Assembly: GCA_035463475.1 (NCBI GenBank)
Contig: DATHTE010000123.1
Coordinates: 91,775-155,774 of the forward strand
DNA length: 64,000 nucleotides
Direction: 5' to 3'
From: Vicinamibacterales bacterium
GTDB taxonomy: Bacteria; Acidobacteriota; Vicinamibacteria; Vicinamibacterales; 2-12-FULL-66-21
This document shows, in pieces, positions 49,922 to 58,843 of this stretch. The position numbers and the translations under genes are program-made. The notes below the pieces were generated by a model that worked only from the letters and a program-made list of their open reading frames with translations, was not told the DNA's origin and did not search any database. Each line of letters begins with the position of its first letter. Position 1 is the first letter of the stretch.

Positions 49922-52268
49922 TTCCCTGGCCGACCCGCGCAGCCTGCCGCCCCGCGTCTTCGAGCTGGGGCTGCACACGTTCAGCCGGGCGATTGCGGCA
50001 ACGCAGTCGTGGCTCGGCACGATCGACGGCGCTCCGCCGAGTCACGTCACGATCCGTCCGGCCGTGGACGGCCCGGACGACCTTGACCGCGCCACCTCGG
50101 ATTTCGCAAACCGGATGGCGAGAATCCTGCGGTACGCCACGCTGACCGGCGCCAGCGCGCCCGGCGTGGCCGACGAGGTCGCCGACGCCTTCCGCGCAAG
50201 CTTCGCCCGCGTCGCCCCGCAGGACCTTCGCGGCCTGATCACGTTTCCGATTCGCCTGCCGCTGTCGTTCGGGTCGCTGTTCGCGCAGGAACTGGTGCGC
50301 GGGCTGCACGCGGTCGAGATCGTCGGCGCCACGCGGGCGCCGTCGTTCCTGATCGAGCTGGTCGAGGCGTTTCTCGATTACCCGGTCTTCCAGGCGCTGC
50401 AGTACAAGGACGAGATCGATCGATACCGCGAGCGGCTGCGCCGGGTCCCGGGCGACGCGACCGCGCGCCTGCAGCTTGGCCGGACGTACATCAAGTGCGG
50501 GCTCTACGCGGAGGCGCTCGACGAGCTCGCGCTCGCGGTGGAGGACCCGCGCACGCACGCGCAGGCGCTCTACGAGCGGGCGGTCGCGGGGACGCGGTCG
50601 GGACGCTATCACCAGGCGATCCGGGACGGTGTACGGGCGATAGAGGCTGGGGCATCCGAGCTGCGCGCGCAGCACTGGGTCTGGCTCGCGTCGCAGAAGC
50701 TGGGCGGATACCCGGACGACACGCCCCCCGAACGCCGCGTCGCGATGAAGACAGGACTGGCGCCCACGCGGCTCCGGTACCGCGACGTCGCTCGAGAAAT
50801 CGGGCTCGACAAGACGTCGGGCGGCCGCGGCACGGCGATCTTCGACATCGACGGCGACGGTGAGCTCGACGTGATCATCTCCGCCGTCAGCGCCGGCTGC
50901 AGCGTGTACCGCAACAACGGCGACGGCACGTTCCGGGACGCATCGGTCGCGTCGGGCCTCGACGCGTGCGTCAACTCCTGGGGGATCAGCGCGGGGGACT
51001 ACGATAACGATGGCCGCATCGACCTGTTCGTGACCCGTCTCGGTTTCTTCGACGGCGAGGCGGCGCTGTACCGCAACAACGGCGACGGCACCTTCACCGA
51101 CGTCACGCGCGAGGCAGGCGTCCAGGGCTGGGCGCCGGGGTTCACGGCGGGCTGGGTGGACTTCGATCTCGACGGCCGCCTGGACCTCTTCGTTCCCAGC
51201 AACCTTGGAGGCGTGTTCCACCGGCCCAAGCGCCACCGGCTGTTCCACAACAACGGCGATGGAACGTTCACCGACGTCACGCTGGACGCGCGTTTGGCCC
51301 CGTGGGGGCCCACCGTGGGCGCAACGTGGGGAGACTACGACAACGACGGGTATCCCGACCTGTTTCTGAGCAGCGCGTTCGGCCGCTCGCAGCTGTTTCA
51401 CAACAACGGAGACGGGACCTTCACCGACGTCAGCGCCGCTGCGGGGATCAATCGGCCGTGTTTCGGCATGGTCGCGTTCTTCTGCGACTACGACAACGAC
51501 GGCTGGCTCGACCTCGTCCAGTACCTGTGGTGCAGCAACGAGGACATGATCCTGAGCCTGCGACATGGCGCGCCGTCATCCTCCGGGCAGCCGCTGCGCG
51601 TCTACCACAACAACCGTGACGGCACCTTCACGCTGGCGAACGACGAACTCGGCATCGTGGAGTGCTGGGGCTCGATGAGCGGCAACGCTGCCGACCTCGA
51701 CAACGACGGCCGCCTCGATCTACTGCTCGGCAACGGCGGCCCGCAGATGGACCGCAGCGATCCGCTCGTGGTGCTCGCGAACGACGGCGGGCGGTTCCGG
51801 AACATCACGTTCGCGGCCGGCCTGCCCGCGGCCGGCAAAGCGCACGGCGCGAACGCGGCCGACCTGCACGGCGACGGGCGGATGAGCCTCATCGCCGCCT
51901 CGGGCGGCATGTATCCCGGCGAACTGCTGACCACCTCTGTCTTCCGGCCCGAGGAACTGACGGGGAATTACCTGAACGTGCGGCTCACGGGTGTCACGTG
52001 CAACCGCGACGCGATCGGCGCGCGACTGAAGTTGACGACGGCCGGACGGGAGCAGCACCTCGTGATCAACGGCGGCAGCCAGTTTGGCTGCCTGCCATTC
52101 GAGCAGCATTTCGGGCTCGGATCGGAGCGCGGCGCCGGCCGGCTCGAAATCTGGTGGCCTGGAGGACCGCGCGAGGTTCTCGAGCGTCTTCCGGCCAACG
52201 CGACCGTGACGATCACACAGGGCGAAGGCCGCTGGACCGTCGTCAAAAGGGGACCGAATCCACTATGA
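49914..52268 (+). CDS. Signal-less TPR + FG-GAP/VCBS + ASPIC/UnbV (CRTAC1-type) protein, 784 aa (paralog of 41959..44319)
   Basis: 8-nt overlap with the upstream Trx-like gene. LQLGRTYIKCGLYAEALDEL (TPR), repeated DYDNDG..DL...LYRNNGDGTFTDV units, C-terminal NRDAIGARLKLTTAG...FGLG...IWWPGG. Confidence 0.85.
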   Translation: MADSLADPRSLPPRVFELGLHTFSRAIAATQSWLGTIDGAPPSHVTIRPAVDGPDDLDRATSDFANRMARILRYATLTGASAPGVADEVADAFRASFARVAPQDLRGLITFPIRLPLSFGSLFAQELVRGLHAVEIVGATRAPSFLIELVEAFLDYPVFQALQYKDEIDRYRERLRRVPGDATARLQLGRTYIKCGLYAEALDELALAVEDPRTHAQALYERAVAGTRSGRYHQAIRDGVRAIEAGASELRAQHWVWLASQKLGGYPDDTPPERRVAMKTGLAPTRLRYRDVAREIGLDKTSGGRGTAIFDIDGDGELDVIISAVSAGCSVYRNNGDGTFRDASVASGLDACVNSWGISAGDYDNDGRIDLFVTRLGFFDGEAALYRNNGDGTFTDVTREAGVQGWAPGFTAGWVDFDLDGRLDLFVPSNLGGVFHRPKRHRLFHNNGDGTFTDVTLDARLAPWGPTVGATWGDYDNDGYPDLFLSSAFGRSQLFHNNGDGTFTDVSAAAGINRPCFGMVAFFCDYDNDGWLDLVQYLWCSNEDMILSLRHGAPSSSGQPLRVYHNNRDGTFTLANDELGIVECWGSMSGNAADLDNDGRLDLLLGNGGPQMDRSDPLVVLANDGGRFRNITFAAGLPAAGKAHGANAADLHGDGRMSLIAASGGMYPGELLTTSVFRPEELTGNYLNVRLTGVTCNRDAIGARLKLTTAGREQHLVINGGSQFGCLPFEQHFGLGSERGAGRLEIWWPGGPREVLERLPANATVTITQGEGRWTVVKRGPNPL

Positions 52269-53284
52269 ACACCACAACATCTGCTCGTCCGATCATTCCC
52301 GACAACTTCACGGCCCTCGAGAAATCGCTCGTCGAGAAGAGCGAGCAGGCAATCGTGAAGGGTCGTGAACTGGAGCACTGGTCGCGCGATCCCCGCCGCC
52401 GCATCCGGCAGTTCCCGCTGTCGCTCAATCGTCCGTATGCGCTGCCGAACCGTGCCTGGGGATACTTCGCGGACGTCTGCATCGAAGGACGGACGCTGGC
52501 GGCCCTGGGCTGCCAGCAGCAGGTCGAGTTCGGCCGAATCACCGGTCCGAACCCCGAGGAGCGGCTGCTGGAGTACGTCCTGGGGCGTTTCCTGAGCACC
52601 TCGGCGTGGATGTATCCGGACGGCAACGCGGGCGGCTTCACGATTCAACAGATGCTGTACTGCGATGCCGAGCGGCGGTGCGGCCGCTATCCGGCCGACC
52701 AGCTGACCGTCGCGCGGGACTGGCGTGAGATCGGAACGAAATACCAGTGGTCGTTGCTCACCATCTTCCTGCACGACTTCGTCATTCATCTCGGTCCGAT
52801 GAAGACCATCCTCAAGGAAGCGGTGGCGGTGGTACAGCACCCGGATTTCGTCCACATCGTGCCGGGCCCGAAGCCAGGCTACAAACTCGAAGTGGCGATC
52901 GGGTACCCGTTCATTGATTACGCTCCGGTCCCGAACTATTTCGGCTTCGGTCCCGGCAAGTTCGACTGGGCGGTCAAGACCTACTCGTTCCTGCTGCGCG
53001 ACAACAACGAGGTCCGGTGCGACATGGAGTTCGTCGCCGGCGCCCGGGCGAAAAAGGTGTTCGATTTCGGCTCGTACATCCCGTGCCCGCTCTACGGGAC
53101 GTCGGACCTGATGGAGTTCCTCACACTCGGGGTGTACAAATCACAACCGTTCCGCGACTATATGGACCTGCAGATGGCGGTCGAGCACGCCCACGTCCAC
53201 CAGGCGTTGATGGAAGGCAGTTCGAAGATTTTCGCCGCGTGGGAGAAGACCGCGTCCCTCGAGCCGGCGATGGCAGGTGTGTAA
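52265..53284 (+). CDS. Hypothetical protein (339 aa) homologous to the C-terminal domain of the 827-aa protein
   Basis: ATGA overlap at 52265-52268. See the alignment blocks listed for 27032..29515. No family recognised. Confidence 0.7.
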   Translation: MNTTTSARPIIPDNFTALEKSLVEKSEQAIVKGRELEHWSRDPRRRIRQFPLSLNRPYALPNRAWGYFADVCIEGRTLAALGCQQQVEFGRITGPNPEERLLEYVLGRFLSTSAWMYPDGNAGGFTIQQMLYCDAERRCGRYPADQLTVARDWREIGTKYQWSLLTIFLHDFVIHLGPMKTILKEAVAVVQHPDFVHIVPGPKPGYKLEVAIGYPFIDYAPVPNYFGFGPGKFDWAVKTYSFLLRDNNEVRCDMEFVAGARAKKVFDFGSYIPCPLYGTSDLMEFLTLGVYKSQPFRDYMDLQMAVEHAHVHQALMEGSSKIFAAWEKTASLEPAMAGV

Positions 53285-53290
53285 CCGGCG

Positions 53291-53773
53291 TCAGCTGGAT
53301 TGATCGCCCGGCCCGGAAGGGCTTGGGGCGTCGCCGCCGCGGCGCTTCACCAGAAGCTTGTCGCGAAAGACGAGCACCAGTTCGCCGCGTTGGTTCAGCA
53401 CGCGGCTTTCGAACACGATCGTGCCTTGCGTCGCCCCGAGCGCCTGGCGCTCCACGACACGCTTGACGACGTGAATCGTGTCGCCGATGAACACCGGCGA
53501 GACAAACCGAAGCTTGTCGACGCCGGCGAAGGCCAGCAGCGTGTCCTCCAGCAAGTTCATGCGCGTCGTGAGACCGATCGAGATCCCGAACACGAGGGCG
53601 CCGTGCGCGATGCGGCGGCCGAACGTCGTCGTCTTTGCGTATTCCTCGTTCGTGTGCAGTTCCGTGAAGTCGCCGGTGAGCCCGGCGAACGCCATGACAT
53701 CCGCTTCCGTCACCGTCCGGCCGCGCGACGTCGCGTCTTCGGGTGACGCGAAGTCCTCGAAATACAGACCCAC
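53291..53773 (-). CDS. MaoC-like (R)-specific enoyl-CoA hydratase / hot-dog dehydratase
   Basis: GRTVTEADVMAFAGLTGDFTELHTNEEYA....FGRRIAHGALV is the classic MaoC dehydratase motif (D...H...GxRIAHG). Confidence 0.9.
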   Translation of the reverse strand: MGLYFEDFASPEDATSRGRTVTEADVMAFAGLTGDFTELHTNEEYAKTTTFGRRIAHGALVFGISIGLTTRMNLLEDTLLAFAGVDKLRFVSPVFIGDTIHVVKRVVERQALGATQGTIVFESRVLNQRGELVLVFRDKLLVKRRGGDAPSPSGPGDQSS

Positions 53774-53857
53774 GCTGAGCCTCCCCCCTGGGGACTCGAC
53801 TATAGCGCAGGCCCGCTATGCGCCGCGTCGCGGATTGATCTCCGTCGAACTAATGCG

Positions 53858-53886
53858 TTGACACTAGAAGCGCCCTACCCTACGAT
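53858..53886 (+). promoter_or_regulatory. Sigma70-like promoter candidate upstream of the FadL-type porin
   Basis: TTGACA (53858-53863), a 17-nt spacer, then TACGAT (53881-53886), about 115 nt upstream of ATG 54001. A 6-6-6 inverted repeat ATAGCG/CGCTAT lies at 53802-53819 in the same divergent region. Confidence 0.4.
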
Positions 53887-54000
53887 TCTCCTCGAACTCC
53901 GCATACCGCAAACAGATTGCGCCGACGGCCGGGTGAACCTCTGGGTGCGCGCGCCGTGCCAGCGCGCGCCGGCGGACGGCCCGGTGTGTACGAGGTGACG

Positions 54001-55290
54001 ATGACTCGTGGCTTGACCGCGGCATTCACGCTGGCAGCGCTGCTGCTTCTGATCTCCGCACCTGTGGCTGGCCAGGGACACATGCTCCACGGCGTCGGCC
54101 CGGTCAACTCCGCGATGGGGGGCGCCGGGACCGCTCTACCGGAGGAGTCGCTGGCGGCCTTGACGTTCAATCCTGCGCTGATCGCGTCGGTCGAAGGCAA
54201 CCAGATCACGTTCGCCACCGAGTTCTTCAAAGACGGCATCGAGGTCGAGACGACTGTCGGGAACCTGGTCGGACGCGCCAACCCGAGCAGCCAGGTCGTG
54301 GCCATTCCGGCTTTCGGGTGGATGCTGCGCGATCCGAAAGGGAAGCTGGCCCTCGGGTTTGGCCTGATCGGCCTCGCCGGGTTCGGTGTCGACTACCCGT
54401 CGGACGACGCAAGCATCCTGTTCGCGCAGCCGCCGCAGGGATTCGGCCGCATCTACACGGATTACCGCGAGACGAAGATCCCGGTGGCGTTCGCCTACCA
54501 GGTCACGCCGAAGCTCGCTCTGGGCGTGTCGCTGAACGTCTACATAGGCGAGTTTGCCGTGGCGCCACTCCCGTACAAGGTGTTCGACCTTGATCCGTCC
54601 GGCAACCGCTTCTATCCAGAGGCGGGCAGGCTCAATCGTTCGTGGGCGCTCGCGGGGCAGTTCGGGTTTCGATACCAGGCGAGTCCGCTGCTCAGCTTCG
54701 GCGCGTCGTTCACGACGCCGCAGGACTTCTCGACGTACGAGTGGAACTCGACGATCGCGGACCCCGGTTCGCCGGCATTTGGGCGTCCGCAGAAGCTCGA
54801 GTTCGACCTGGACGGCCCGATGATCGTGAGCTTCGGCGCCGGCGTGACGCCGGGGACGAAGACGCGAATCGCGATCGACGGGATGTTTACGAAATACAAG
54901 GGCGTGAACGGCTTCGGCAGCCCGGGCGGGATCATCGACCGCGTGGTGTATCCATTCGGTTGGCGGAACGTCTGGACCTTCAAGGCGGGCATGCAGCATC
55001 AGGCGACCGGCAAGCTCACCCTGCGCGCCGGCTACAACTACAGCCAGATGCCCCTTCGAGAGGCGGTGGTCCTCACCGCGACCGGCGCGCCGGCGACGTT
55101 CCAGCACCACTTCTGCGGCGGCATGGGCGTGAAGATGTTTCCTTTTCTCGAGGCGGTGGTCTCGGCGTACTTCGTGCCGCGCCAGCATGTCGTCGGGCCG
55201 TTCCCGGACTTGGACAACAACATCAGGGGCACGCTGGACGAATCGAATAAGCTTACCGGCGCCTTGATCGGCATGAGCTTCAGGTTCTAG
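54001..55290 (+). CDS. FadL/OmpP1/TodX-family outer-membrane hydrophobic-compound channel
   Basis: Signal peptide MTRGLTAAFTLAALLLLISAPVAGQG, N-terminal hatch motif GVGPVNSAMGGAGTALPEESLAALTFNPALIA, and a beta-barrel ending ...GMSFRF. Confidence 0.8.
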   Translation: MTRGLTAAFTLAALLLLISAPVAGQGHMLHGVGPVNSAMGGAGTALPEESLAALTFNPALIASVEGNQITFATEFFKDGIEVETTVGNLVGRANPSSQVVAIPAFGWMLRDPKGKLALGFGLIGLAGFGVDYPSDDASILFAQPPQGFGRIYTDYRETKIPVAFAYQVTPKLALGVSLNVYIGEFAVAPLPYKVFDLDPSGNRFYPEAGRLNRSWALAGQFGFRYQASPLLSFGASFTTPQDFSTYEWNSTIADPGSPAFGRPQKLEFDLDGPMIVSFGAGVTPGTKTRIAIDGMFTKYKGVNGFGSPGGIIDRVVYPFGWRNVWTFKAGMQHQATGKLTLRAGYNYSQMPLREAVVLTATGAPATFQHHFCGGMGVKMFPFLEAVVSAYFVPRQHVVGPFPDLDNNIRGTLDESNKLTGALIGMSFRF

Positions 55291-55340
55291 CGGTCTGAAC
55301 GCGATCCGGCTTCAGACCACCAGCGAAGGAGGAGACGAAG

Positions 55341-55517
55341 ATGGCCTACAAACTCGTCTGCGCCGAGACCGGCGCGAACTGCCCGTTCGAGGTGGTGGCG
55401 ACGACCCGCGAAGAGTTGATGGAGCACGTGCAGGTGCACGCAAAGCATTCCCATCCCGAGATGGCCAAGAACCCGCCAACGCCCGAGTCGATGGAGAAGC
55501 TGATTCACACGGTCTGA
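55341..55517 (+). CDS. DUF1059-family small protein (58 aa)
   Basis: Not in the ORF track (under 60 aa). AAGGAGGAG upstream of ATG 55341. MAYKLVCAETGANCPFEVVATTREELMEHVQVHAKHSHPEMAKNPPTPESMEKLIHTV matches the DUF1059 pattern (C..G.dCpF.....t.eEl......Ha...H). Confidence 0.8.
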   Translation: MAYKLVCAETGANCPFEVVATTREELMEHVQVHAKHSHPEMAKNPPTPESMEKLIHTV

Positions 55518-55574
55518 CGATGACGGCCGGCGGTCGCGGGCCGCCGGCCGCATCAGAAGCAAGGAGCGAAGGTC

Positions 55575-56273
55575 ATGGCCCACAGCACACGTCGTCTCCT
55601 GCGCCTCGGTGCGCAGGCTTTGGTCGTTGTCGCTATCGGGGCCGCTGGCGCGACAATCGGCTGGCCCGCCGGGTCAACGATCGATTCCGCCGCGTCAGCC
55701 GGGCAGCAACCGGTGCCGTCGGCGAAAGACTACGCCGGGCACGGCGCCGTCGGCTCGTGGTTCGGCAAGGCGATACAGGTCTGCGAGTCGGGTGTGGCGC
55801 CGGCCGCATGCTCGTTCGGCCGCCCTCCTGTCGTCCTCTTCATGACACCGACGCTGCTCCCCGACGGGCTGTTCGTGGCCGATGACTCGATGACGCTCGG
55901 TGCGGCGCCGTTCGGCCCGCACACCACGGCGCACGGCGAGTGGTTCCCGACGAGTCGCAGGGAATTCACCGCGGACTACGTGTTCATGCTCCGGTCCTTT
56001 CCTCCCGAACCAGAGAGCATTACGGCGGTCCGGTGCCGCTGGGTGGGGCAGGTCGTCAGCGCCGACACGCTAACCGGCTGGGTCAACGTGTACCAGCAGC
56101 CATTGCTACCCCTGAGCTGGCAGCGGCTCCTGGACGACGAGTATCCGACGTTCCCGAGGCAGGCCAACGGGATCGTTACGTCACCCACAGGGTTTCTCAA
56201 GGACCCCACCCGCTGTCGTACGGCCGGATGCCCACTCGTGTTCAAGTTCACGATCAAGCGCATCGCGCCGTAG
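55575..56273 (+). CDS. Hypothetical exported protein (232 aa)
   Basis: ORF track entry. The N-terminal RRLLRLGAQALVVVAIGAAGA looks like a Tat/Sec-like signal. The body is non-repetitive and Cys-containing. No family recognised. Confidence 0.6.
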   Translation: MAHSTRRLLRLGAQALVVVAIGAAGATIGWPAGSTIDSAASAGQQPVPSAKDYAGHGAVGSWFGKAIQVCESGVAPAACSFGRPPVVLFMTPTLLPDGLFVADDSMTLGAAPFGPHTTAHGEWFPTSRREFTADYVFMLRSFPPEPESITAVRCRWVGQVVSADTLTGWVNVYQQPLLPLSWQRLLDDEYPTFPRQANGIVTSPTGFLKDPTRCRTAGCPLVFKFTIKRIAP

Positions 56274-56464
56274 GTGTCCACGCCACGCTGAGCCGGTCGC
56301 GGTCTCCGGTCTGACGACATCCTCCGACATGTGGTAGCCTTTCGGCGCCGCGTTGACGCCGTGAGGACCATGCCTGCCGCCACCACATTCGAGTTGACCT
56401 CCTCCCCAATCGAAAAGCCGTATTCCCCACCGATCAGCTCGAAGAGCGGCCCAGTTGAAGAACG

Positions 56465-58843
56465 ATGCCGTTAGAGACCGTTGACAAATCCCCGGGCCGG
56501 ACCCGCGGGACCTTGCGGCGTCGGGTTCTTGTCGCGACGGTCATTGCGGTCGTCCTTCTCGTGGCCGCGGCCATCTGGATCGACCGGCGCGGCCTCGCGT
56601 TCTACGAGTCGGGACGCGCCATCGTGCAGACCCTGACGCCGTTCGCCGCGGCGATCGCCGCAAATGACGCGGACGCGATCGCACGGTTCTATTCCGCCGA
56701 GTACGCGGGGACGCGCCTCGGTCTTTCGACCCGGGTCCTGGCCGGCGAAAAAGACGGCGTCCGCCATTATCGACAGCGGTCGGACAACGCGCCCGCGGAT
56801 CGCGCCGCCGCGGTGGCGGAATGGCGCCAATATCGCGCGAGCTTCTCGGCGATCGAAGAAGTCGCCCTTCACATCGACGATCGCGTGGAGCAATGGGGTG
56901 GGTCGTCGCTGGTAGCGACGGTCCGGTTCGAAGCCATTGGCACGCCCCGGGGGGAGCCCCGGTCGGGCATCGACCGCGCCCGTTTCCGGCTCACGTTCGA
57001 TCGTACGCCCGAGGGGCTTCGGATCCGTTCGGCCTCGCTGCTCGAAGGGGATCGGCTGATTGCCGCGCGCCCCCAGTTCGAGGACGTCGCGCGCGCGGCG
57101 GGGGTCGATTTCGTCAACCAGTATTACCCGCCCTTCCTGAACGAACCGATGCGGTTCGGCATGATCCGGTACGGTCCGGGCGGCATCTCGGCCGCGGACG
57201 TGGACAACGACGGGTTCTACGACCTGTTCATCCCGGACGGCGTCGAGTCACGCCTGCTGCGCAACCGGGCCGACGGCACCTTTGAGGACGTGACCGCGCG
57301 GGCGGGCCTCTCGGGCCTCGACGGCGTGAGCGTCGGCGTGTTCGCCGATTACGACAACGACGGGCACAAGGACCTCTTCGTCAGCCGGACGTTCAGTCCC
57401 AACCAGCTGTTCCACAACGACGGCGACGGCACGTTCACGGACGTGACGGCGGGCTCCGGGCTCGGGGCCGACTGCTGCACGACCGTCGCGTCGTGGGGGG
57501 ATTACGACAACGACGGCGATCTCGATCTCTACGTCGGCCGCTACCTCGATCCGCGCACGAAGATCCCGACCACGTTCTACGCGCGCAACGGCGAACCGAA
57601 CCAGCTGTACCGCAACGAGGGGGGCGGCAAGTTCACGAACGTGACCGAGCAAGCCGGCGTCGGCGAGGTCGGCCTCTGCCTCGGCAGCGTTTTCGGCGAC
57701 ATCGACGAGGACGGGTACGTCGATCTTTACGTGGTCAACGACTTCGGCCGGAAGACGCTGTATCGCAACAACCGCGACGGCACGTTCGCCGACATCACCG
57801 TCCGGAGCGGAACCCTCAACTACGGCGCCGGCATGAGCGCCTCGATGGGGGACTACGACAATGACGGCCTGCTCGACCTCTACGTCGCGAACATCCGATC
57901 GGAGCATGCCTGGTTCGCCGATCCGCCGACCGTCTGGCGCTACATGCTCAACGTGTGGCGGCAGGGCGTCTGGTGGACGGACATGCCGCTGTACCTGCAG
58001 ATTCTCCGGCAGTCCGGGTTTCAGTTCCCTCACGTGTTCCGGCAGATGGCGTCGGGGAACGCCCTGCTGCGCAACCGGGGCGACGGCACGTTCGACGATG
58101 TCACGTGGGCGGCCGCCGCGAACCCGCATGGCTGGTTCTGGGGCTCGAGTTTCGCCGATTTCGACAACGACGGCTGGCTCGACATCTACTCGGCCAACGG
58201 GTGGGTCTATAACGATCGCGGCACCGAAATCGAGCTGGAGTTCCTCAACAACGTCGTCAGCGCGCAGAAGGAATACAAGACCGGGAAATTCTTCGACCCA
58301 AAATTCTTCGGGCGGCGGTCCTGGCACGGCTACGAGAGGAACCGGCACCTGCGCGCCAACGGCGACGGGACGTTCATCGAGGCCGGTCATGCGCTCGGAA
58401 CCGACCTGATCATGAACAGCCGCGGCATCGCGGTGGCCGACTTCTGGAACCGCGGCGTGCTCGACATCGCGGTCGCCGCGTCGACGGACCGGCACGCGCT
58501 ACTGAAGAACAACCTGGAAGGCACGCGCCACTGGCTGGCGGTGGAGCTCGTCGGAACCTCGTCGAACCGTGACGCGGTCGGCGCGCGGGTGCACGCGCGG
58601 ATCGGTCCGATGCGGCAGATGCGGGAGGTCGCGCTCGGCGACGGCTACGGCTCTCAGAACACGCTGCGGCAGTACTTCGGCCTCGGCGACCGCGCATCCG
58701 TTGACGAGCTCCTCGTGAAGTGGCCCAAGTCGGGCACCACGCAGAGGTTCCGCAACGTCGCCGCGGACCGGATCATCGAAATCACCGAGGGGCGTGACTC
58801 GCTGGTCGAGAAGCGGTATCCGGCGGGCGGGTCGGGGTCGTGA
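56465..58843 (+). CDS. Membrane-anchored CRTAC1-family protein (N-terminal TM + NTF2/SnoaL-like region + FG-GAP/VCBS + ASPIC/UnbV)
   Basis: RRRVLVATVIAVVLLVAAAIWI (signal anchor), repeated DVDNDGFYDLF...LLRNRADGTFEDVT units, C-terminal NRDAVGARVHARIG...YFGLG...VKWPKSG. Confidence 0.9.
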   Translation: MPLETVDKSPGRTRGTLRRRVLVATVIAVVLLVAAAIWIDRRGLAFYESGRAIVQTLTPFAAAIAANDADAIARFYSAEYAGTRLGLSTRVLAGEKDGVRHYRQRSDNAPADRAAAVAEWRQYRASFSAIEEVALHIDDRVEQWGGSSLVATVRFEAIGTPRGEPRSGIDRARFRLTFDRTPEGLRIRSASLLEGDRLIAARPQFEDVARAAGVDFVNQYYPPFLNEPMRFGMIRYGPGGISAADVDNDGFYDLFIPDGVESRLLRNRADGTFEDVTARAGLSGLDGVSVGVFADYDNDGHKDLFVSRTFSPNQLFHNDGDGTFTDVTAGSGLGADCCTTVASWGDYDNDGDLDLYVGRYLDPRTKIPTTFYARNGEPNQLYRNEGGGKFTNVTEQAGVGEVGLCLGSVFGDIDEDGYVDLYVVNDFGRKTLYRNNRDGTFADITVRSGTLNYGAGMSASMGDYDNDGLLDLYVANIRSEHAWFADPPTVWRYMLNVWRQGVWWTDMPLYLQILRQSGFQFPHVFRQMASGNALLRNRGDGTFDDVTWAAAANPHGWFWGSSFADFDNDGWLDIYSANGWVYNDRGTEIELEFLNNVVSAQKEYKTGKFFDPKFFGRRSWHGYERNRHLRANGDGTFIEAGHALGTDLIMNSRGIAVADFWNRGVLDIAVAASTDRHALLKNNLEGTRHWLAVELVGTSSNRDAVGARVHARIGPMRQMREVALGDGYGSQNTLRQYFGLGDRASVDELLVKWPKSGTTQRFRNVAADRIIEITEGRDSLVEKRYPAGGSGS

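Noticed and set aside
21784-53284. Interpretation as an enediyne biosynthetic gene cluster (because of UnbV/UnbL-type families)
   Set aside because: No iterative enediyne PKS (PKSE), TEBC thioesterase or UnbU-type membrane protein is recognisable. ASPIC/UnbV domains here sit in ordinary CRTAC1-type FG-GAP proteins, which are common in soil phyla.
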